Below, piece by piece: positions 57,015-63,322 of a stretch of 63,322 bases of DNA. Each line of letters begins with the position of its first letter. The first letter of the stretch is position 1. Source of the stretch: a virus. Lineage: Duplodnaviria > Caudoviricetes. The notes below the pieces were generated by a model. That model was not told where the DNA came from, made no database searches, and worked only from the letters and a program-made list of their open reading frames with translations. Where the stretch lies: positions 1-63,322 of the IMG/VR virus record IMGVR_UViG_3300022680_000066. One strand, given 5' to 3'. A program made the position numbers and the translations under genes.

Positions 57015-57287
57015 ATGACTAACCAAATCCCACCAATAGCCAACCCTCTGGACGAACATTGGAGTCAACCAGACAGTGATGAAATTCTGATCGACAGCTC
57101 CGTCGCAATGATGACTGAAATCAACTTGAATAAACTCAAAGATTGTACTGGCTCGCCCCCGTATCCACCCATAGCAGGCAAGATGTGGCGAACCAAGTGG
57201 CAAGGCAAATGGTGGCTCTGGTGGTACAGCAAGCCAGATCTGTCCGGCAACCACATCGCCCACCGCCGACCAATAACCCTGATATAG
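57015..57287 (+). CDS. Hypothetical protein
   Basis: TAAGGAGG RBS. Confidence 0.65.
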   Translation: MTNQIPPIANPLDEHWSQPDSDEILIDSSVAMMTEINLNKLKDCTGSPPYPPIAGKMWRTKWQGKWWLWWYSKPDLSGNHIAHRRPITLI

Positions 57288-57376
57288 GAGCGCACAATGG
57301 CGAAGCAGATACAATTTTAGATTCAGATTTTGGACGCTCACTTATCCGAGAATGCGAACTTATATAGGAGCCCATC

Positions 57377-57619
57377 ATGGGACAAGCTAAACAACGCGGA
57401 ACCTACAAGCAACGCCGAGAGGCCGCAATCGAACGCATCGCCAAAGAACAAGCAAAGCAACAGAAGGATCGTCAATGCCAAAAACTTTTACGTCACGGAG
57501 AAAACTACAACACCGGCTCTGGCGCAATGACCGCACTTCTCCTGGGTGCGAGCATGGCCGCGCTTCATTCACCTATGCTTTGCGAACCTCTCACCCACAA
57601 ACCCAAACACCGCAGATAA
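57377..57619 (+). CDS. Hypothetical protein
   Basis: AGGAG RBS; MGQAKQRGT N-terminus. Confidence 0.6.
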   Translation: MGQAKQRGTYKQRREAAIERIAKEQAKQQKDRQCQKLLRHGENYNTGSGAMTALLLGASMAALHSPMLCEPLTHKPKHRR

Positions 57620-57629
57620 GGAATCTCCG

Positions 57630-58067
57630 ATGACCCCACACAAACAACTATTCCGCCATGACCCAGACAACAACATCTATGGTGACTGTTGGCGGACGTG
57701 CATCGCCTGTCTCCTAAATGTCGAGCCAGACACTATCCCTCACTTCTACAACAAAGACTGTCAAGACCCTCAACAGGCTCAACACGAGATGAATCGTTTC
57801 CTTGAAGCCAGCTACGGCGTTAAAGAGATTAGCATCCCATTTGACGGAGCCAGTCTCGACGCCGTACAGTCTAATTTCAAAGAACGGAATGACAACCTGT
57901 ACTACATGTTAACAGGCACAAGTGCAAACGGCACCAACCACTGTGTTATCTGTTACAACGGCGAGATCATCCACGACCCTGCCCTTGACAACAGCGGCAT
58001 TGTCGGCCCATGTGACGACGGCTTTTACTGGATCAGTTTCTTAGCCTTCGAAGAGGAGCCCTCATGA
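57630..58067 (+). CDS. Possible papain-like (C39-type) cysteine peptidase fold
   Basis: GDCWRTCIACLL...HCVI...IHDP gives a Cys-His-Asp arrangement. Confidence 0.5.
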   Translation: MTPHKQLFRHDPDNNIYGDCWRTCIACLLNVEPDTIPHFYNKDCQDPQQAQHEMNRFLEASYGVKEISIPFDGASLDAVQSNFKERNDNLYYMLTGTSANGTNHCVICYNGEIIHDPALDNSGIVGPCDDGFYWISFLAFEEEPS

Positions 58068-58393
58068 AAAAGACAACCACAACCTATATCTGTGACTGGT
58101 GCCAGCTTGAACTCGATTCAACAGGCCGGACACTGCCGCCCGACTGGCTCAAACTACCCCTGCGTGTGGCCGGGCGAGCCACTCCCATAGACAAACACCT
58201 GTGCCCCGACTGCAAGACCTCTTTGAAAGGCAACTTGTTGGGTCTGTCTGCAATAGAAGACACTGTAGCTGCTCTAACACAAGAGCTAGAGAAGCGTTAC
58301 TTGGACGACCCTAAAGGCCAGGACACGAAAACCGACCGCATCATTCGTCAAGGAAAAGAAACACTTGGAGACCTTCGAGGAGACCAGCAATGA
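58064..58393 (+). CDS. Zinc-binding hypothetical protein
   Basis: CDWC...HLCPDC. Confidence 0.6.
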   Translation: MKKTTTTYICDWCQLELDSTGRTLPPDWLKLPLRVAGRATPIDKHLCPDCKTSLKGNLLGLSAIEDTVAALTQELEKRYLDDPKGQDTKTDRIIRQGKETLGDLRGDQQ

Positions 58394-58728
58394 GAGACCG
58401 ATTCCAAGCAACACTAGTAGAAGGCGTACCAGCCACAGTACACTTTGACTACTTTCCTGGCCAAAAGGAAATCCGTCATCCACCTGACCGAGCGCAGGAA
58501 GGTCGCCCAGAGAGAGTCGAAATAACCTCAGTCATCTTGGTTACAACCGAGAAGCTCATCTTCGACGCAACCAAAGACAAAATAACCACAGAGGACACAG
58601 AACACGACATCCTAAAATATCTCAACTACGCAGGCTTAGACCGACTAGAAAAGCAGGTCTGGGAATACATTGAAGCCCAACGACAGGAGTCAAACGAACC
58701 AAAGATACCTACATCATTTATCCTGTAA
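58390..58728 (+). CDS. Hypothetical protein
   Basis: GAGGAG RBS; start overlaps the upstream stop. Confidence 0.6.
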   Translation: MRDRFQATLVEGVPATVHFDYFPGQKEIRHPPDRAQEGRPERVEITSVILVTTEKLIFDATKDKITTEDTEHDILKYLNYAGLDRLEKQVWEYIEAQRQESNEPKIPTSFIL

Positions 58729-58769
58729 CAACCCAAAACCTTAAGAGGCACAAAGCCCAAGGAACCAAC

Positions 58770-60251
58770 ATGACCGACAAACTTACACCACAACAAGAAA
58801 CCTTTCTTGCCACGGCTGAGCCAGGCAACCGAGAGTCCATCGCTCTCCGTGCGAGAGCGGGTACGGGCAAGACTTACAGTCTCCGAGGCTGGGCCTCCAG
58901 TGCAAAGGGCGGAGGCCTCGCAACATCCTTCAGCAAATCCACCGTCATGGAGCTGGGCAACAAGATGCCCACCAAATTCCAGTGCAAGACCCAACACGGC
59001 CTAGGTTACGCAGCTATCCGAAGCTCCGGCAAGTTCACCCAGATGGACTCATCCAAGATCTTCAACCTCGTCGGAGACTTCGGCAAGGACAACGACATTG
59101 ACTTCCGTGATCAGGGTGACTTGCGCAAGCTCATTTCCTTGGCCAAGACCTTCGGCATCCAACCAGACCGGAATGGGCCGGAAGGCCTCATCCAAGACAC
59201 CTATGATAACTGGGAGCAGATGGCTGAAAACTTCGACATCGACATCGGAAAGCACACAATCGAACACGCTCGCCACCTCCTAAAGGAATCCAACCACCTC
59301 GCCTTGAAAGAAGGCACCATAGACTTCGACGACATGCTCTACATCTCCCTTTTGTGGCCGCACCGATTCCCACGCTACCCCACAATCCTAGCCGACGAGG
59401 TTCAGGACTTCAACAGCCTCCAGCACCTCATGCTTCGTCGCCTTCTTCTTCCGAATGGCCGCCTCATCGCAGCCGGTGACGACCGCCAAGCAATCTACGC
59501 ATTCCGTGGAGCCCTTGCCGACTCATACACTCAGCTCGTCCAGGACTTCGGCATGACCGAGCTTCCCCTAACCGTATCCTTCCGATGCCCACGAGCAGTC
59601 GTGCTTGAGGCCCAGCAATACGTGCCAGATATCGAGCCAGCCCCAGGAGCCATCGAGGGCAGTGTCACATACCCCTCTTCCTTGGCCCTGGCCGACGTTC
59701 CAAAGACAGTCCTATGCCGCAACAACGCTCCCCTAATCCGCCTAGCCCTGGCCCTCCTCGTGAGCGGACGCACGGTTGAGGTCGCGGGCCAGGATATAGG
59801 CAAAGGGCTCGTAACCCTCACCAAACGCATAACCAAGAAGAACCTGCCAAGCCAGGAATTCCAAGCCCGCCTCACCAAATGGCGTGACCGCGAAACGGCT
59901 AAGTATCCACGCAGAAAGGGACGCATCAACGACAAGTTCATGGCCCTGCATGCTTTGTCCCAACACCACCGAGACTTGGCCGGAATACAGAAGCACCTGT
60001 CCGAGTTGTACCCTAATCTAGACAACAAGAACCGACGCCCAGCCGATGTCCACCTCACGACTATCCACCGGGCAAAGGGCCGCGAGTGGCCGCAAGTCCT
60101 CTTCCTCGACCCCCAGCTCCTCCCATCCGAGTACGCAACATCCGAGCAGGATCGTTTGCAGGAGGCCAACCTTGCCTACGTGGGCGTGACTCGGGCACAG
60201 GAGGAACTTGTTTATTGTCCATCTCACAACATCGAAGGACTGGAGGAATAA
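58770..60251 (+). CDS. UvrD/Rep-like SF1 helicase
   Basis: ARAGTGKT, IDFDDML, DEVQD, GDDRQAIYAFRGA, SFRCP, TIHRAKGREW, YVGVTRA. Confidence 0.93.
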   Translation: MTDKLTPQQETFLATAEPGNRESIALRARAGTGKTYSLRGWASSAKGGGLATSFSKSTVMELGNKMPTKFQCKTQHGLGYAAIRSSGKFTQMDSSKIFNLVGDFGKDNDIDFRDQGDLRKLISLAKTFGIQPDRNGPEGLIQDTYDNWEQMAENFDIDIGKHTIEHARHLLKESNHLALKEGTIDFDDMLYISLLWPHRFPRYPTILADEVQDFNSLQHLMLRRLLLPNGRLIAAGDDRQAIYAFRGALADSYTQLVQDFGMTELPLTVSFRCPRAVVLEAQQYVPDIEPAPGAIEGSVTYPSSLALADVPKTVLCRNNAPLIRLALALLVSGRTVEVAGQDIGKGLVTLTKRITKKNLPSQEFQARLTKWRDRETAKYPRRKGRINDKFMALHALSQHHRDLAGIQKHLSELYPNLDNKNRRPADVHLTTIHRAKGREWPQVLFLDPQLLPSEYATSEQDRLQEANLAYVGVTRAQEELVYCPSHNIEGLEE

Positions 60252-60255
60252 CCTG

Positions 60256-60483
60256 ATGCTCAAAAACCCCTACATAAAATTCCGAGCCATGGGAATTATA
60301 GCCATGCTGATCCTAGTCTGGCCCTCCTGCTGGCTTCTCTTCGCTATCGACCTTGGCTGGGCAACTCTACCTGCTTTGCTAATGGTAGCAGCTGTTTACG
60401 GCTTTCTTCTTGCATACGACAAAGCAGCAAGAGACTCAATAGCACAATGGAAACGTGACGAGGAGCCCTCCCAATGCCCTTAA
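60256..60483 (+). CDS. Small membrane protein
   Basis: GGAGG RBS then ATG (MLKNPY...); two hydrophobic segments. Confidence 0.55.
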   Translation: MLKNPYIKFRAMGIIAMLILVWPSCWLLFAIDLGWATLPALLMVAAVYGFLLAYDKAARDSIAQWKRDEEPSQCP

Positions 60484-61049
60484 CCCCACAACAAGAGAGA
60501 GAAATCTACCCCCTGCTCGACGAGATCGACGATCTCGAACCAAAACAGGGCATCCTGTACAAATGCTCTGTCCGTCGGGCAAACTACCTCACCCGCATGA
60601 TCCAGGGTGTCCGCTACGACTCTGCTATTGAATCTATCCAGATGTACCAGCGCGGCCACCCTCTCTACGGCCAAGGCCTATATGGACTTTTGTGGGTCGA
60701 AGTCCAGCCTGAAGGCTTGCTCGTGACCAAGCTTACAGAACCACATGATTCTGCGAAATGGCGAATGATACAATGTGCGGCTTTCAAAGAAGCAATGGCT
60801 CTGCCTTTAGGAACTAAGTTCAATCATGCTAGAGTACTTTTAGGTCGGATGCAAAAGAAATACCCAGATATCATGGGCAGCCTTTACGTTACTCGCGATG
60901 AGCCTATCACAGTTCATTATGGTGAGCCTAGTGTGGAAGAGCTTGTCGTCGTTGATATTGACTTCAGTCCAGATTGCATGCTGGCTGACCCAACCGAAGA
61001 GCAGATAGCAAAACAGGAGGCGACAACACCCTATAAAAAACCTCGATAA
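60474..61049 (+). CDS. Hypothetical protein
   Basis: GAGGAG RBS, 191 aa. Confidence 0.7.
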   Translation: MPLTPQQEREIYPLLDEIDDLEPKQGILYKCSVRRANYLTRMIQGVRYDSAIESIQMYQRGHPLYGQGLYGLLWVEVQPEGLLVTKLTEPHDSAKWRMIQCAAFKEAMALPLGTKFNHARVLLGRMQKKYPDIMGSLYVTRDEPITVHYGEPSVEELVVVDIDFSPDCMLADPTEEQIAKQEATTPYKKPR

Positions 61050-61067
61050 ATATTTTGCGGAGCGGGG

Positions 61068-61096
61068 TTGACAATGTTTTGTCAATATGGTTTAAT
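61068..61096 (+). promoter_or_regulatory. sigma70 promoter with a palindrome over the -35 box
   Basis: TTGACA-17 bp-TTTAAT with TG extension; TTGACA-ATGTTT-TGTCAA inverted repeat. Confidence 0.7.
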
Positions 61097-61176
61097 TGAT
61101 TTGTGGATGCGGAAAACCAACCCGATCCCATAAACCCAATACTATAGTATTAAATAATTTTTAGGAGCCAAGCAAG

Positions 61177-61866
61177 ATGATCAAAACCGAAAACACTCCC
61201 ATGCGTGCCCGAGTCATTCAAGGCGATGCCTACGCTGACGCTGGCCAACCAGATTTTGCCTTCCAAATTCCACAGCCATTCGTAGCCGAGCACTTTGCCA
61301 ACCTAGCCGACATCGGTGTGGTAGGTGTTGGCTTTGCCAATGCAGCCAACCAACTGCTTGCAGAGAATCTGGGCAACAACATGGCAGGCCGCATCAAGAA
61401 AGCTGTCAAAGACGGAACACCTCTGCCCACCCAAGAAGACATGGACAAGCTGTACGAAGCCTATGATTTCTCTGGTGTTCGCATCTCTTCCCTGGCTGCA
61501 GGAACCTTGTTCGACAAGATCATGTTCCGCAACGCCAGCACTTTCATCCGTCGCCTTGTTAAGCAGCTGGGCTACCAAGATATGCCTGCTCCAGTCACTG
61601 TTGCCAAGAAGAATGATGAGCCTACTGAAGGGCAGATCTCCTACGACACTTTCGAGGACGAAGTTGGCAAGCTAATCCGTGGCGAAGGCCCATGGGGCGA
61701 AGTCCAGAACTTCATTGACACTCGCGACGAGATGGTGGCCTCAGCCAAAGCTGAGGAAGAGCGTGTTCGTGCTTCTGAGCAGGCCGTTGAAAGTCGATTG
61801 ACTGCGCTGACTCTTGGTAGTGGTGCCGAAGCACCTGCCGATGAAACAGATGGTTCAGTAGAGTAA
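61177..61866 (+). CDS. Hypothetical protein in its own promoter-terminator unit
   Basis: AGGAG RBS; 229 aa; acidic tail. Confidence 0.75.
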   Translation: MIKTENTPMRARVIQGDAYADAGQPDFAFQIPQPFVAEHFANLADIGVVGVGFANAANQLLAENLGNNMAGRIKKAVKDGTPLPTQEDMDKLYEAYDFSGVRISSLAAGTLFDKIMFRNASTFIRRLVKQLGYQDMPAPVTVAKKNDEPTEGQISYDTFEDEVGKLIRGEGPWGEVQNFIDTRDEMVASAKAEEERVRASEQAVESRLTALTLGSGAEAPADETDGSVE

Positions 61867-61893
61867 GCAACAAACATAAATAGCACCTGTACG

Positions 61894-61926
61894 AAAAGAA
61901 GAGGGATTCGTTCCCTCTTCTTTTTT
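61894..61926 (+). terminator. Intrinsic terminator
   Basis: AAAAGAAGAGGGA-TTCGT-TCCCTCTTCTTTTTT. Confidence 0.85.
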
Positions 61927-61968
61927 ACCGCCCTGATAATACGTTGTAAATAGTTTGGAGTCAACCAG

Positions 61969-62265
61969 ATGGCACAAAGAAAACTACCAGACGTGGCGCC
62001 TCGCACTGTGCGAGTCCACGTCCCGTCATACAACAACATTCTAGAGTTCTTTCGGTTGTCTCCTTCTGGCCTCCGTGGTTCAGACGCCATCCGTCAAGTC
62101 CTCATGAACTTTGGAAACTACTGCGAGACACAGATGAAAGCTGGACGGCAGGCATCAAGCAAAGACCTGCTCGAAGCCGAGCAAACCTTCCACCGCATGA
62201 TGGACAAACAAACTACCCCTGTCCAACTCGGTACGCCATCCGAAGAGGAGACGACACATGACTGA
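61969..62265 (+). CDS. Hypothetical protein (possible ribbon-helix-helix DNA binder)
   Basis: RTVRVHV strand followed by two short helices (SDAIRQVL). Confidence 0.55.
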   Translation: MAQRKLPDVAPRTVRVHVPSYNNILEFFRLSPSGLRGSDAIRQVLMNFGNYCETQMKAGRQASSKDLLEAEQTFHRMMDKQTTPVQLGTPSEEETTHD

Positions 62266-62494
62266 GGCAACTGTTCCTGCTGACTTCACCCTCACACTCA
62301 ACGATCTCCTAACCTCGGCTGCGGCTGAGTGGTCGCCCGTCCACCGGCTCCGCCTTGTCGAAGCCCTCCGAACTCAGCGCGAGCGCTGGAACCAAGAACA
62401 AGCCATTGGCTCTAAGAAGCGAGTGACAAGCAAACAGATCAAAGCACCCACGAAGGGCAAAGCAAAGTTATCATTTGAAGGTTTGAAACTTTAA
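62258..62494 (+). CDS. Hypothetical protein
   Basis: GAGGAG RBS; LVEALRTQRERW. Confidence 0.65.
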   Translation: MTEATVPADFTLTLNDLLTSAAAEWSPVHRLRLVEALRTQRERWNQEQAIGSKKRVTSKQIKAPTKGKAKLSFEGLKL

Positions 62495-62518
62495 CCCATT
62501 GACTCGAAGGAGTCCAAC

Positions 62519-62695
62519 ATGAAATTCTTGCGTGAAGTAAACAACACCCTCACTGCCCCTATGTGGTTGCTCGTGTTTGCACGACTATTTGGTAAGCAAA
62601 GCATCGCCTATGATGAGTTCGGCACAGCAGTCACGCTCTACACTTGGCTGGACAAAAGATACTATTTTAAATCTCACAAGAAAAAGGATGCCTGA
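62519..62695 (+). CDS. 58-aa hypothetical protein (absent from the ORF track)
   Basis: AAGGAG RBS; MKFLREVNN...KKKDA; stop overlaps the next start. Confidence 0.55.
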   Translation: MKFLREVNNTLTAPMWLLVFARLFGKQSIAYDEFGTAVTLYTWLDKRYYFKSHKKKDA

Positions 62696-63147
62696 TGAGC
62701 ATACAACCAGAGAATTTATTCGGCCCTATCCCTCAAGAAGTTCTCAACGAACTCTCAAGCGAAGAGCACATGCAGCACGCAATCGAGGCAGGCGCTGAAG
62801 AGGCAAAAAGCCTGCTGTCTGTCACAGTGTATAACGGAAAATACACCGTCATCCAAGAAGCCAATGGAGCAGTACGTGCCCTTCGATACAACGAAGAGTG
62901 GCGAGATTGCTGCGGTGATGGGCTTATCCTTGCGCTTGCTCAAGAAGTAGACACACTGAGACAGATGCCTGAAGAAGCTACCAGCACAATTGCGAAAGAA
63001 TTACGCAATGCATTAGATCGGGCTGCCTACGCACTGTTTCAGGTAAAACGAATGAGTGGAGCAACCGACGATATTATCAGTCATGTATCTGCTGCACACG
63101 AGAAAGCTTGCAACACGTTAAATAAAATTGACGAGGAATCTCATTGA
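62695..63147 (+). CDS. Hypothetical protein
   Basis: Coupled TGATG junctions on both sides. Confidence 0.65.
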   Translation: MSIQPENLFGPIPQEVLNELSSEEHMQHAIEAGAEEAKSLLSVTVYNGKYTVIQEANGAVRALRYNEEWRDCCGDGLILALAQEVDTLRQMPEEATSTIAKELRNALDRAAYALFQVKRMSGATDDIISHVSAAHEKACNTLNKIDEESH

Positions 63148-63322
63148 TGCAATTCTACAACCCCTGGACAGACGAAGTCCTTCCTTCTGGCGATGAGCAC
63201 GACTACGGTATAGTCCCTCTCGGCATTCCCTATTACAGTGGTGAGAACTCATCACTAAAGGACGGCATCCAATTCGCCTGGGACAACACATCCATCGGTT
63301 GGTTCAAGACCTGCCCGCGCAA
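63147..63322 (+). CDS. 5' part of the Cas4-like nuclease, continuing at the start of the window
   Basis: GAGG RBS then ATG 63147, in frame with 113..925 across the overlap. Confidence 0.85.
   Translation, partial: MQFYNPWTDEVLPSGDEHDYGIVPLGIPYYSGENSSLKDGIQFAWDNTSIGWFKTCPR

Noticed and set aside
63224-63322. 99-bp direct repeat read as a biological terminal repeat
   Set aside because: It falls in the middle of the Cas4-like gene and its length matches a common assembler k-mer, so it is best explained as a circularisation overlap.

Overview
The window is a complete, circularly assembled dsDNA tailed-phage genome of about 63.2 kb. Bases 1-99 are repeated at 63224-63322, and a Cas4-like nuclease gene reads through that junction. 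The + strand from about 47.9 kb through the junction to 17.0 kb carries early and replication genes: small hypothetical genes, SprT-like protease, peptide deformylase, HTH proteins, UvrD-like helicase, Cas4-like nuclease, Sak4-like ATPase, RNase H, putative SSB, ParB-methyltransferase fusion, DEDDh exonuclease, ATP-dependent ligase, a UDG/exonuclease protein, an intein-containing family A polymerase, ThyA, two MazG-like proteins and a DUF3987-like P-loop helicase. The - strand from about 47.2 to 17.1 kb carries a podovirus-type morphogenesis arm: terminases, portal, scaffold, N4-gp56-like major capsid, adaptors, tail and repeat proteins, ejection proteins and a 1948-aa polyvalent protein. I recognised no integrase, RNA polymerase, primase, endolysin, tRNA or CRISPR array. 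The most notable observations are: (1) seven dispersed copies of a 35-bp imperfect palindrome (core TTGG-N7-CCAA) at gene boundaries in both arms; (2) a perfect chromosomal-type parS site in the large non-coding region, in a genome that also encodes a ParB-MTase fusion; (3) a PolA whose proofreading domain is split over two genes, with His at the 762-equivalent position and an intein inside motif B; (4) a 50-bp copy of the helicase gene inserted, with a 7-bp flanking duplication, into an unrelated small gene; (5) a long intergenic hairpin presenting an anti-Shine-Dalgarno loop. All protein calls rest on motifs read by eye and on gene order; no database searches were run.
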